A stretch of 64,000 nt of DNA from Lachnospiraceae bacterium (GCA_045627205.1 JAZQNG010000064.1:2573-66572), one strand, 5' to 3'; shown: positions 6,487 to 15,733, numbered from the stretch's first letter. The notes: generated by a model from the sequence alone, not told the origin. Program-made: numbers and translations.

Positions 6487-8853
6487 ATGAAAATCAATAT
6501 AATAAGAATCGGCAATTTTGGCAGGTTTTCGGAAAAAGAGCTAAGTTTCGGGGACGGCCTTAATATAGTCAGAGGTGATAACGAGGCGGGAAAAAGCACT
6601 ATATTTGCCTTTATCAGGGCCATGTTTTTTGGCATTGACATTAAAAGAGGTGCGGCAGGTAAGGATGATGTGTATTTGCGATACCTTCCATGGAACAATC
6701 CGGGAGCTTTTTCGGGAAGCATCGATTTTGAGTATGGGGAAAGCAGGTACAGAATAAGCAGGTGCTTTTTGAAAAATTCGCAGGAATGCTGCTGCACCAA
6801 TCTGGACACCATGAAAAATATTGAGCTTCCGTCGGGACGTATTACGGACCTGATTCCCGAACTGAACGAGAGTAACTATGCCAACACCATTGCGGTAGGG
6901 CAGCAGAGCATACCCGTGGGGAAAAATCTGGCGGACGGTGTGAAAAACTACGTGGCAAATCTTGCTATGGCAAAAACCGGAGAGGTGGATATTCCGGGGG
7001 CTCTGGAACGTCTGAAAAACAGGGAAAAACAGCTGAAGAATCTTTTGAAGGAGGCAGATATATCGGAACTGCGGGCAAAAAGAGATGAGCTTGCGGCAGT
7101 GATTTCCGGAAAGGAAGAGGAAGCGGCTGAACTGGATAGGGAATGCAGGGAACATGAAAAAAATCTGAAAAAGGATGAGGAGCTGGCGGAGCAGCTTAAG
7201 GAAAAGGCTGAAAAGCAGAAGGAGCTTTGTGCTGCGGCAAAACCGGCTGATATGGAGCCTTTTGATTTGGAAAGAAAAAAGATAAACCGGGAAGCTGACG
7301 AGAAGATTAAGAATTCCGGGAATGATTTTAAGGAAAAGAGTTTGAGTCTGACAGGGGAGCTTGAGAGTGAAAAGGCCGTCATCGAAAAGAAAAGGCAGCA
7401 GCTTCTTTTTGACGCTAAAACTGCCTATGAAGGAGAAAAGAGAAGCTTTGGCGAAAAGAGAAAAGCCATGGAAAATGAGCTGGCGGACCTCGGCGAAAAA
7501 AGAAAAGCTATTTTAGAAGGACATCAGAGCAATAACGTGGCCGCTGACAACAATTCCCTTAAGCAGGAAGAAAACGCAAAAAAAACGGAAGAAGTGCATC
7601 TTAAAGAGAAGGAATGCAAAAAGAGGTTCATTTCAGGACTTATGCTGGTATTTATCGGTATGGCAACGGCATATCTGTTCAGCGGAAAAAGCAGGATAGG
7701 CATAGGTGCGGGTATGGTGGTGGCGTTATTCGGCATAGTCTTTTTCCTTATCAGTTATATAAAGGACAGAGAGCTGGTTATGGCAGCCGAAGTGCTTGAT
7801 AAGGAGAAGCAGAGTCTTGAAGAGGAAGAGAAGCGCATTCAGAACGAAAATCATGAGATTGTAAAGAGGCTGGAGAGAATAGCGGAGGAAAAAGAAAGAC
7901 TTCAGGAACAGGATGTACACCGGCGATACAGCGAAATGGAGGCTGAAGGCAGGTATGAAAACGAAAGCAGAAGTATTGAGGAAAGAGCCGCAGCCGCGAA
8001 GAATGAGCTTGAGCTGAAGTTCAAGACCATGCTTAACGAAGGGCAGGTAAAGGCAGAGAAGGAGCGGGGACGTTTGGAGGCTGACAGACAGCAAAGGCTG
8101 AATGAACTCAGGATAAGGGAATCGGAGGCCTGCAGGGAGGCTGAGAATATTATTCTTGAGCGCGACCATGAATTGGAAAAGCTTCAACGTGAACTGGATT
8201 TTTTGTTGAAAGAGCAGGAAATGTTGAGGGTGGAATCCGGGCGAAAACTCAGAAGTCTGGAAATTCTGGAACAGGAGCTTGAGGTTGCGTCCGGTAAAAT
8301 GTCGGAAGTTGAGGAACGGCTGCAGTCCTGCGAAACGGTCCGGAGGGACACGGAGGTTGAGCTTAAGGCCGTTGGACTTGCCTATGAGACTATTTCAAAT
8401 ATGTCGGCCCTGATATATGAGCGTTTTGGAAAGAAGCTGAACAGAATGCTTTCGGAACTGGCGGCAAAACTAACGGATGGAAAATACAGCGACGTGACGG
8501 TTCAGCAGGATATGTCCATAAGCTTTATGTCGGACGTGGACTACAGAAATGTCCGGGGGCTCAGCGCCGGCACGGCTGACCAGCTGTATCTGGCTTTAAG
8601 GCTGGCGGTGGGAAGACTGTTTTTCGAGACTGAAGAGCTTCCCGTACTTCTTGATGAACCCTTTGCCTTTTACGATGAAAAAAGGCTTAAGTCTGCAATA
8701 GGCGAATTGATTGAAAGCGGACGGCAGATAGTTCTCTTTACGTGCAGGGAAGCAGAAGAACAAAGGGCTGAGGAAGCTTTTGGAGAATTGAAGAATATAT
8801 GGTTGCAGGACAGCGGAAATCAGCCGAAGGAGTACAGAGTAATCCGAATCTGA
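6487..8853 (+). CDS. SMC/SbcC-like AAA ATPase with a central membrane hairpin (Bacillus YhaN type)
   Basis: Start ATG 6487 (MKINIIRIGNFGRF). Walker A is GDNEAGKST. Long Glu/Lys-rich coiled coils flank two adjacent hydrophobic helices (FISGLMLVFIGMATAYLF, IGIGAGMVVALFGIVFFLISYI). C-terminus has LSAGTADQLYLALRLA and Walker B VLLDEPF. Confidence 0.8.
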   Translation: MKINIIRIGNFGRFSEKELSFGDGLNIVRGDNEAGKSTIFAFIRAMFFGIDIKRGAAGKDDVYLRYLPWNNPGAFSGSIDFEYGESRYRISRCFLKNSQECCCTNLDTMKNIELPSGRITDLIPELNESNYANTIAVGQQSIPVGKNLADGVKNYVANLAMAKTGEVDIPGALERLKNREKQLKNLLKEADISELRAKRDELAAVISGKEEEAAELDRECREHEKNLKKDEELAEQLKEKAEKQKELCAAAKPADMEPFDLERKKINREADEKIKNSGNDFKEKSLSLTGELESEKAVIEKKRQQLLFDAKTAYEGEKRSFGEKRKAMENELADLGEKRKAILEGHQSNNVAADNNSLKQEENAKKTEEVHLKEKECKKRFISGLMLVFIGMATAYLFSGKSRIGIGAGMVVALFGIVFFLISYIKDRELVMAAEVLDKEKQSLEEEEKRIQNENHEIVKRLERIAEEKERLQEQDVHRRYSEMEAEGRYENESRSIEERAAAAKNELELKFKTMLNEGQVKAEKERGRLEADRQQRLNELRIRESEACREAENIILERDHELEKLQRELDFLLKEQEMLRVESGRKLRSLEILEQELEVASGKMSEVEERLQSCETVRRDTEVELKAVGLAYETISNMSALIYERFGKKLNRMLSELAAKLTDGKYSDVTVQQDMSISFMSDVDYRNVRGLSAGTADQLYLALRLAVGRLFFETEELPVLLDEPFAFYDEKRLKSAIGELIESGRQIVLFTCREAEEQRAEEAFGELKNIWLQDSGNQPKEYRVIRI

Positions 8854-8944
8854 AGCAGCGGATGAATGTATTTTGGACTGACCGGGAATAGTAATCCGAA
8901 TCTGAAGCAGCGGGTGAATGTATTTTGGACTGACCGGGAATAGT
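8839..8944. repeat. 52-bp direct duplication (51/52 identical) that includes the ATPase gene's stop codon
   Basis: GTAATCCGAATCTGAAGCAGCGG(A/G)TGAATGTATTTTGGACTGACCGGGAATA occurs at 8839-8890 and 8891-8942. The TGA stop at 8851-8853 lies inside copy 1. Confidence 0.9.
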
Positions 8945-8972
8945 TACAATGCATCAGTTACGGACTGTGAAA

Positions 8973-8998
8973 TAAAAAAGCTCCGGAGTTTCCGGAGC
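8973..8998 (-). terminator. rho-independent terminator of tRNA-Leu(CAG)
   Basis: Hairpin GCTCCGG-AGTTT-CCGGAGC (8980-8998), followed on the minus strand by a U-run (plus-strand AAAAAA at 8974-8979). Confidence 0.6.
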
Positions 8999-9006
8999 CT
9001 GAATAG

Positions 9007-9090
9007 TGCGGAAAAAGGGACTTGAACCCTCATGAAATTGCTTTCACATGGACCTGAACCATGCGCGTCTGCCAATTCCGCCATTTCCGC
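9007..9090 (-). tRNA. tRNA-Leu(CAG)
   Basis: The reverse complement folds as a class II tRNA. Acceptor GCGGAAA/TTTCCGC, D-loop AATTGGCAGA, anticodon stem CATGG/CCATG with loop TTCAGGT (anticodon CAG), long variable arm, T-loop GGTTCAAGTCC. No encoded CCA. Confidence 0.9.
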
Positions 9091-9212
9091 TTACCACGTG
9101 GTATTTATCACGCAAATCGTATTGTATCAAAAACACGGACAAAAAGCAAGTGAAAATTTAAAAAAAGAGAAATGCGCTGACTGTATGGCAGGCAGCAATT
9201 CCGGAGGTATTT

Positions 9213-10133
9213 ATGATAGAGAATCTGTGCAGGGAGATTAACAGTCATTTTGTAGGCAAGGAAGATGTTGTTGAAAATGTGATGATATGTATGCTGGCGG
9301 GGGGACATGTTCTTTTGGAGGATGTTCCCGGAGTGGGAAAGACAACACTTGCCAAGACTATAGCAGAGGCGACGGACTGCAGCCTCGGAAGAATACAGTT
9401 TACGCCGGACACTCTTCCGGGAGATGTAACGGGATTTTCTGTTTACAATATGAAAACCGGTGCATTTGAGTATCGTGAAGGTGCCGTTATGAAGAATCTT
9501 TTGCTGGCTGATGAGATTAACCGTACCTCACCGAAAACCCAGGCCAGTCTTCTGGAGGCCATGGCTGAACGGCAGGTTACCGTTGAAGGCAGGATTTATA
9601 AGCTGCCGGATCCTTTCATGGTTATTGCTACCCAGAATCCCATTGAATTCATAGGAACCTATCCTCTTCCGGAGGCTCAGCTGGACAGATTTATGATGCG
9701 GTTGTCTCTTGGGTATCCCACGAAGGAATCAGAGATACTTATGGCTCGTAAATTTATAGACGGAAAACTGGGCGAAAGCATAAAGACGATATGCTCGGGA
9801 GAGAATATAAAGGTCATGAGAAAAGAAGTGGCGGCGGTAAAAATTAATGATTCGATGCTGGCTTATATGCAGGACATTATTGCAAAGTCAAGACAGGAGA
9901 AGAGGTTTGTCATCGGTGCCAGTCCGAGGGCACTTTTGTTCCTTGTGAGGGCTTCCCAGGCAAGAGCATATATTCAGGGAAGAGATTTTGTAAAGCCGGA
10001 TGATGTCAAGGCGGTTGCGGTAAATGTCCTTCATCACAGAATAGCCCTTACTCCGGAAGCCAGAATAGCCAATGAGGATATTGACAGGATTCTGGCCAAT
10101 CTTGTTGTTCTGGCTAATGTTCCAGTAGGCTGA
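9213..10133 (+). CDS. MoxR-family AAA+ ATPase
   Basis: GGAGG RBS. Walker A is GVGKTTLAK and Walker B is LLADEINR. The typical MoxR C-terminus is present (GASPRALLFLVRASQARAYIQGRDFVKPDDV). Confidence 0.9.
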   Translation: MIENLCREINSHFVGKEDVVENVMICMLAGGHVLLEDVPGVGKTTLAKTIAEATDCSLGRIQFTPDTLPGDVTGFSVYNMKTGAFEYREGAVMKNLLLADEINRTSPKTQASLLEAMAERQVTVEGRIYKLPDPFMVIATQNPIEFIGTYPLPEAQLDRFMMRLSLGYPTKESEILMARKFIDGKLGESIKTICSGENIKVMRKEVAAVKINDSMLAYMQDIIAKSRQEKRFVIGASPRALLFLVRASQARAYIQGRDFVKPDDVKAVAVNVLHHRIALTPEARIANEDIDRILANLVVLANVPVG

Positions 10134-10152
10134 TAAATACGGAGAAGGTTAG

Positions 10153-11325
10153 ATGAAAATTAAAAAATTGATTCCGGCAGGGCTGTGGATTCTGTCACTG
10201 GTAGGCATATCCATAAAGGGCGGTCCCATAACCTATGGATTTTTTGCTGTCGCCACACTGATTCCTCTTATTCTGCTGGGATATATATTTCTGGTGTTCT
10301 GGCTTTTGAAAATATACCAGAAAATGGAAGGAAGAAGCCAGGTATGCGATCAAAATACGGATTTTTATTTTACGCTTCAGAATGAGAGCTTTATTGCTTT
10401 TTCAGGGGTAAGGGTGACATTTTTTTCGAATTTTTCAACGATTTCCGGATTGGACGACGGTAATGAGTATGAACTCATGCCCCATGAAGGAATTTCTCTT
10501 AAAACAGGCTTAAGCTGCAAATATCGAGGAAGTTATGAGGTTGGTGTGCGCGATATCATTATTTCCGATTTCTGGAATATTTTTTCGATATCGTTCAAAA
10601 ATAAAAATACCCTCAGTGCCGTGGTGTTTCCCAAAATCGTCCACCTTGCGAATATGAACGGTTCTTTTATGGCAGCAGTCTGTGAACGGGAATCAAAAAT
10701 GAAAAAGAACGATGTGGACGTTTTTAACAGGGAGTATGTTTACGGAGACGAAGTAAGGCTGATGCAGTGGAAGGCAAGCGCCGGAAAAGGAAAGCTTTTT
10801 GTCAGGGAGAGAACCGGTGAAGAAGAACCGGGAGCAGCCCTGATAATGGATTCATGTCGTTACGGACTTGAGGAAGAGGAATTTCTTCCCATCGAGAACA
10901 AGCTTCTGGAGCTGAATCTTGCCATATCCTGCTATCTCTTAAAGAAAAATATTCCGGTAAGAAATTTCTATCTGAATTCGGGAAAAATAGCCGGCAGCAG
11001 AATGGGAAACCTTTCTGCTTTTGATGCATTCTATGCGGAAATGTGCGCTTTTTCCTTTAGCTCCGTGAATGAAAACCGTATTCTGGCGGAAGGCATAAGG
11101 AATTGCAATGAAATTCGTAACAGTCATCTGGTGGTTATCATGGTTCACAGCCTGACACAGGAAATGATGAATCTGGCCGTAGGTTATGCCGATGAAGGTA
11201 TTCCGGTAATGCTTTATCTTGTATCGGATGATCCGAGGTCTGAAACTGAAATGGCGGCGGGGTGCAGAAACATTGAATTTTTGCGCATCAGAACCGATGC
11301 AGACCTTTTGGAGGTGCTGCAATGA
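10153..11325 (+). CDS. DUF58-family protein (MoxR partner with N-terminal membrane anchor)
   Basis: Two N-terminal hydrophobic helices. DUF58 signature is NREYVYGDEVRLMQWKASAGKGKLFVRER. The stop overlaps the next start (ATGA at 11322-11325). Confidence 0.8.
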   Translation: MKIKKLIPAGLWILSLVGISIKGGPITYGFFAVATLIPLILLGYIFLVFWLLKIYQKMEGRSQVCDQNTDFYFTLQNESFIAFSGVRVTFFSNFSTISGLDDGNEYELMPHEGISLKTGLSCKYRGSYEVGVRDIIISDFWNIFSISFKNKNTLSAVVFPKIVHLANMNGSFMAAVCERESKMKKNDVDVFNREYVYGDEVRLMQWKASAGKGKLFVRERTGEEEPGAALIMDSCRYGLEEEEFLPIENKLLELNLAISCYLLKKNIPVRNFYLNSGKIAGSRMGNLSAFDAFYAEMCAFSFSSVNENRILAEGIRNCNEIRNSHLVVIMVHSLTQEMMNLAVGYADEGIPVMLYLVSDDPRSETEMAAGCRNIEFLRIRTDADLLEVLQ

Positions 11326-13616
11326 GAAAAAATGCCGGTTATGAATTTATTTATTCACTGATTTATTCTGTTTTAACAGGGCTGAGTATTTTATATAATG
11401 CAAACGAATTTCTTGGCCGTGAAACAGAGAAAAAGAACATTATTGTTTTCCTTTCACTGGTGTTGCTTATTGATTTGTTTGTTCATATCAATACCAGATG
11501 GAGGCTGATTCTGCTGGGGTTAACTGCCTCACTGACGGCGGCATTCCTGTTCCTGGCTGATGAAAAGGCATTTGCCGTGCTGATGGAGCAGCGCTGGCTG
11601 CTTTTTGTTATTCCTCTGGCAGCGGGAAGCTATCTGATAAGTATCCTGATAATGAAAGTAAAATATACCGGACTTATTCTGACGGCGCTCACAGGGGCTT
11701 TTCTTATTTATCTGGGAATTGCGAATGTTAAAAACAGCAAAACGGGTATAGCCTTTTGTTTTGTGCTTCTGCTGGCATTTGTTACGGACGAAATCAGGTG
11801 CCGCAGCGGAAAGGACAGAAAGAAGAACAGTGTAAAGCACTTTGTTCTCTCAATGCCTTTTTTTGCGGTGATTCTGCTTGTTTTGATTCTTGTGCCTGCG
11901 CCTGAAAAAAGGTTTGAATGGACTTTTGTAAAGGAGATGGCAAGATCGATAGGTGACCTGGCCCGCAAAATCAGCCGGTCATTCGAAAAAAGAGACGATT
12001 ATTTTCAGTCGGCCATGGGTTTTGGTGCAAGGGGCGATTTGACGGGAAGTGTGGATGCATCGGGAGAGCTGATGATGACTCTGGATGCATCTACTTACAG
12101 ACAGGGAAATGTTTACCTTAAGGGAAAGAGCTTTAACCGTTTTGACGGAAGAGAATGGACAGACGATTCCGGTGATATCTGCAACGATGCGATGTCGGAT
12201 ACCCTGGAGCTTTTGTGCGCCATTGAGAAAACAGGGGGGAATAAATCGGATTATATCAGCCGGAACGAGATGATTCTGACATATCTTGATATGTTTTCCC
12301 AATATGTTTTTCTGCCGGCGAAACCGATTATAAGCAGCGAAAACTTTATAAATTATGAGATAGAAGTTTCTGATGGCGGTATGATTTTTGGGGACCGGAA
12401 GGGTTATAAGGATTCCTACCCCATAAAGTGGTATGTGGTAAACCGGGATAATGATTCCTTCCGCAGCCTGATAGAGGCGGGAACTGAAATTACAGAGGAG
12501 CTTTGGAATCACAGGCAGAAAAATCCGGACTGGGGAGACTGCAACGGGATTACTTATGATGCTTATCTTAACTATCGCAAAGCCGTATATGAGAAATATG
12601 GCGAAAAGCCCGTTCTGTCGGAGAAATTACGCAATTATCTTGACAAGGTGCTTGAGGGAGCTGACAGCGGATATGACAGGCTTAAGCGGCTGGAGGATAT
12701 GCTTGGAAGCTTTGAGTACACACTGAATCCGGGAGAAATTCCTTCAGGGGTCGAGGATGAAGAAAGCTATCTAGATTACTTTATTCTGGACAGCAGGAGC
12801 GGTTTCTGCAGCTACTATGCCACAGCGTTTGTTCTTTTGGCCCGGGCGGAAGGTTTTCCTGCACGATATGCACAGGGCTACAGGGTTCCCATGACTGGAA
12901 AAGAACAGACCGGGGTCACTTCAGCAATGGCTCATGCATGGGCTGAAGTTTATTTTGACGGAGTGGGCTGGGTAGAGTTTGAACCCACGCCGGGATTCCG
13001 GGAGGCACAGTCCTGGATGACGAGCGGAGAGAGACGTGACTCGGGGCATTACAGCATCGACACTTCGCAGTATATGCATGAGTGGACCGCAAGCGGTGAG
13101 ATTACCGGAGGCAGTGATGAAGAGCCGGAAGAAAAGGAAATAAGCATAAAGTGGAATATGGTTATCCTGACGATTATTGCCATTCTGCTGATTGCCGTGC
13201 TGATATATGTTGTGGACAGAGTAATGACCGCAAGGAGATACAGGTCAATGACTGAGGATGAAAAGGCTCTGTATCTTTGCAGGAGGAACATCAGTCTGCT
13301 TAAGTACCTTGGATTTGAACGTGACAGCGGCGAAACTCTTGAAGAATTTGCAACGAGATGTTCCGGGAAGGTTCCTGCGGAAAGCATGAGATTTATCGAA
13401 TGCTATGAACGTTTGTCTTATGATATTCCGGAGACTAAAGCCGATAGGAAAGCAGAAGAAGATAAAGTATCTATAAATTTTGAGGATAAAGATGGGAATA
13501 AAAAGGAAACTATGTCAGAAACGGCGGAAGGATGCTTTAGGGAACTGATGCCTTTACTGAAGAAGGAGAAGCCTTTGGGATATATCTTTTTCTCGTTGAG
13601 AAATGATGGTGTATAG
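11322..13616 (+). CDS. membrane transglutaminase-domain protein
   Basis: About 6 N-terminal TM helices. Transglutaminase core has the Cys-His-Asp context (GFCSYYATAFVLLARAEGFPARY ... HAWAEVYFDGVGWVEFEPT). A late TM helix is also present. TAG stop at 13614-13616. Confidence 0.85.
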   Translation: MRKNAGYEFIYSLIYSVLTGLSILYNANEFLGRETEKKNIIVFLSLVLLIDLFVHINTRWRLILLGLTASLTAAFLFLADEKAFAVLMEQRWLLFVIPLAAGSYLISILIMKVKYTGLILTALTGAFLIYLGIANVKNSKTGIAFCFVLLLAFVTDEIRCRSGKDRKKNSVKHFVLSMPFFAVILLVLILVPAPEKRFEWTFVKEMARSIGDLARKISRSFEKRDDYFQSAMGFGARGDLTGSVDASGELMMTLDASTYRQGNVYLKGKSFNRFDGREWTDDSGDICNDAMSDTLELLCAIEKTGGNKSDYISRNEMILTYLDMFSQYVFLPAKPIISSENFINYEIEVSDGGMIFGDRKGYKDSYPIKWYVVNRDNDSFRSLIEAGTEITEELWNHRQKNPDWGDCNGITYDAYLNYRKAVYEKYGEKPVLSEKLRNYLDKVLEGADSGYDRLKRLEDMLGSFEYTLNPGEIPSGVEDEESYLDYFILDSRSGFCSYYATAFVLLARAEGFPARYAQGYRVPMTGKEQTGVTSAMAHAWAEVYFDGVGWVEFEPTPGFREAQSWMTSGERRDSGHYSIDTSQYMHEWTASGEITGGSDEEPEEKEISIKWNMVILTIIAILLIAVLIYVVDRVMTARRYRSMTEDEKALYLCRRNISLLKYLGFERDSGETLEEFATRCSGKVPAESMRFIECYERLSYDIPETKADRKAEEDKVSINFEDKDGNKKETMSETAEGCFRELMPLLKKEKPLGYIFFSLRNDGV

Positions 13617-13668
13617 TTTTCGTTGGCAACAGGGAATCGGCGTGCTAAGAGCATGCACGCCAAAGAGA
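13617..13668 (+). repeat. dispersed REP-like hairpin repeat family R, copy A
   Basis: TTTTCGTTGGCAACAGGGAATCGGCGTGCTAAGAGCATGCACGCCAAAGAG. The stem GGCGTGC (13639-13645) pairs with GCACGCC (13655-13661). About 88% identical to copy B at 18504-18552. Confidence 0.7.
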
Positions 13669-13678
13669 AATTGATATA

Positions 13679-13707
13679 TTGCAATAGAGAAAGTTTTTAT
13701 ATATAAT
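13679..13707 (+). promoter_or_regulatory. sigma-70-type promoter
   Basis: TTGCAA (13679-13684), 17-nt spacer, TATAAT (13702-13707). Confidence 0.5.
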
Positions 13708-13798
13708 TATGTGCAGGATAGGCTTATGTGTCACGGATGCCGAAATAACGGCAGCCGGATAATCATGGCGTCATAAGGCGCAGATTAAGGAGGAATTT

Positions 13799-14425
13799 AT
13801 GGGCATTTTTGATTCAATTGTTAATAACTTAAAGGGAATTGGCAAAAGTGAGGCGGGAAAGGCTATAAATCAGACTGTGAAGAACGCCGGCAATGCGGTT
13901 GCAAGCGCTGTTTCCAACACCACAAAGAAGTTTACCTTTAATGCAATTCCTGCGGGAATTGATGAATTTAAGGCGCTGAAGGAAGCCGATCTTAAGGATC
14001 CTTTCGGAGTAGTGGCACTTACGGTTCTTGCATTTAATACTTATGTTAATGACAAGCAGGCCGGTACCGCAATGCTTAATTATCTTAAGGGACCCGAGCC
14101 GTTGAGTCCTTCAGACGATACATTTATCAGAGACCGCTTTATGGACGGAAAATCTTTCGTTGTAAGATCGTATTTTAAGGGTGCCAAGCCCGAGAATGAT
14201 TACACGCCCGAACAGCCTTATACCATTGAGGTTCAGGAGCAGGCTCACAGCAGAGATACCATTAAGGAAGGTTATATTAAGCTTTTCATTACTTCAGGCG
14301 GCGCCGACAGCCCCAGATATCTTACACTTCGTACCAAGCCCTCGACAGGAGAGTGGTTCCTTTGGGATTACAAGGGAATGCTTATGAGCATCAGAGTGCC
14401 TGTTTCACAGAATAAGTGGGCATAA
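13799..14425 (+). CDS. hypothetical protein (208 aa, soluble, no family recognised)
   Basis: AAGGAGG RBS 6 nt upstream of the ATG and an uninterrupted ORF with ordinary composition. I recognise no motif. Confidence 0.6.
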   Translation: MGIFDSIVNNLKGIGKSEAGKAINQTVKNAGNAVASAVSNTTKKFTFNAIPAGIDEFKALKEADLKDPFGVVALTVLAFNTYVNDKQAGTAMLNYLKGPEPLSPSDDTFIRDRFMDGKSFVVRSYFKGAKPENDYTPEQPYTIEVQEQAHSRDTIKEGYIKLFITSGGADSPRYLTLRTKPSTGEWFLWDYKGMLMSIRVPVSQNKWA

Positions 14426-14594
14426 GAGGTAAGTCTCTCTTTTTTCAGGTTTAGGAGCATGTATTGCGCATTGTTACCTCTGGATGCAGGAAAGAGGTTA
14501 TGGTATAATTTCAGCATTGTCATGGAGCCGGGTTTTGATTAAGGCTCTTTGACGGCAGACAATGATAATTATGGATTTATGAAAAGGAGTCAGT

Positions 14595-15566
14595 ATGAAT
14601 AACGAGCTTTATGCGAATGATCCCTTAAGCGGAAATCAAAATCAGAGTCTGGTTTTTGCACCGGAGAAAAAAGCTGATTCAGGTAACAATTCGCTGGCAA
14701 TGAATCCTTACGGAAAGGGAAATACAAGGTCATCTGCAAAGGGACAGACCGCAGGTAATGCAGGAAATGCCCAAAATCAGAATGCCGGAAACGGAGCATA
14801 TGGATTTAACTCCGGATATGATAAAGGTTATGACACCGGATATGATAAGGGTTACTGGCAGGGGTATGACAGAAGCTTCAATGATGGTTATGAAGAGGGT
14901 TACCGCAGAGCCATGGAGGAGCAGCAGAACCAGGGCTATAATAACGGCCAGGGCTATAACGGAAACCAGGGCTATAATAACGGTCAGGGTTATAACGGAA
15001 ACCAGGGCTACGGCAACGGTCAGGGTTATAACGGGAACCAGGGCTATGGTAACGGTCAGGGTTATAACGGAAATCAGGGCTATGGCAACGGACAGGGCTA
15101 TAACGGAAATCCAAACTATAATAACGGTCAGAACTTTAACGGCAATCCTAACTACGGTAATGCCGGGAATTACAACGGAAATCCTAATTTTTCACGAAGT
15201 TCCGGCGGAAATTTTGCAAATTCGGATATGTACAATGCCTACAATAATTATAATCCGGCATATAATCAGCAGAACGGCTTCAACGGTTCGACAGGTAACG
15301 TGGCAACCAGACAGAATACGGGAGTTTCAACACAGGGGTATCTTCCTGTAAAGAACAGAACTACTTTTGGTTTGTTAAGTATTTTTCTGGGAAACTTCGG
15401 CGTAGGTAAATTTTATATGGGAAAAATTGCTTCAGGTGTTCTGTCATGTATTTTCTGCTGGACTCATATTCCGATGATAATAGGAATTATCGAAGGTATC
15501 ATAGCTGTTTGCCAGACGGATGCCGAATTTGAGAAGAAGCACAAGGTAAGGACTCCTAAGAAATAA
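14595..15566 (+). CDS. TM2-domain membrane protein with a long N/Q/G/Y-rich repeat region
   Basis: AAGGAG RBS. The C-terminus is TM2-like (two helices: TFGLLSIFLGNFGVGKFYMGK ... IPMIIGIIEGIIAV). The N-terminal ~240 aa is low-complexity with NQGY(N/G)NGQGYNG repeats. Confidence 0.75.
   Translation: MNNELYANDPLSGNQNQSLVFAPEKKADSGNNSLAMNPYGKGNTRSSAKGQTAGNAGNAQNQNAGNGAYGFNSGYDKGYDTGYDKGYWQGYDRSFNDGYEEGYRRAMEEQQNQGYNNGQGYNGNQGYNNGQGYNGNQGYGNGQGYNGNQGYGNGQGYNGNQGYGNGQGYNGNPNYNNGQNFNGNPNYGNAGNYNGNPNFSRSSGGNFANSDMYNAYNNYNPAYNQQNGFNGSTGNVATRQNTGVSTQGYLPVKNRTTFGLLSIFLGNFGVGKFYMGKIASGVLSCIFCWTHIPMIIGIIEGIIAVCQTDAEFEKKHKVRTPKK
14928..15190 (+). repeat. in-frame 36-bp coding tandem repeat, about 7 copies (NQGYNNGQGYNG units)
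   Basis: Read from the DNA and the translation. The first five units are near-identical; the last two have diverged (NPNYNNGQNFNG, NPNYGNAGNYNG). Confidence 0.85.
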
Positions 15567-15610
15567 AAAATCGCAATTATGAAGTAAATCTGCAATACTA
15601 ATGTAAATAA

Positions 15611-15650
15611 AAGGGTTCGGAATCTGATTATTCCGAACCCTTGATTTTTT
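15611..15650. terminator. rho-independent terminator between convergent genes
   Basis: 13-bp stem AAGGGTTCGGAAT (15611-15623) pairs with ATTCCGAACCCTT (15630-15642), followed by GATTTTTT. Confidence 0.75.
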
Positions 15651-15733
15651 AATGTCTGTTGATAAACACTTCTCGCACTTTGCTTTACCAAAATGCCTAA
15701 AGTATCTACATTTCTGATGTAGCTATCAAATGA

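Noticed and set aside
8973-8998. This hairpin as the terminator of the + strand ATPase gene
   Set aside because: On the + strand the stem is followed by CTGAATAG, with no U-run. The U-run exists only on the minus strand, so the hairpin is assigned to the tRNA-Leu(CAG) unit.
9032-9241. 69-aa + strand ORF
   Set aside because: It overlaps the minus-strand tRNA-Leu(CAG) and its promoter region. No RBS is present.
14758-15351. 197-aa alternative-frame ORF, plus the minus-strand ORF 14878-15114, within the TM2 gene
   Set aside because: These are artefacts of the 36-bp coding repeat, which is open in several frames. The annotated frame has the RBS and the TM2 domain.
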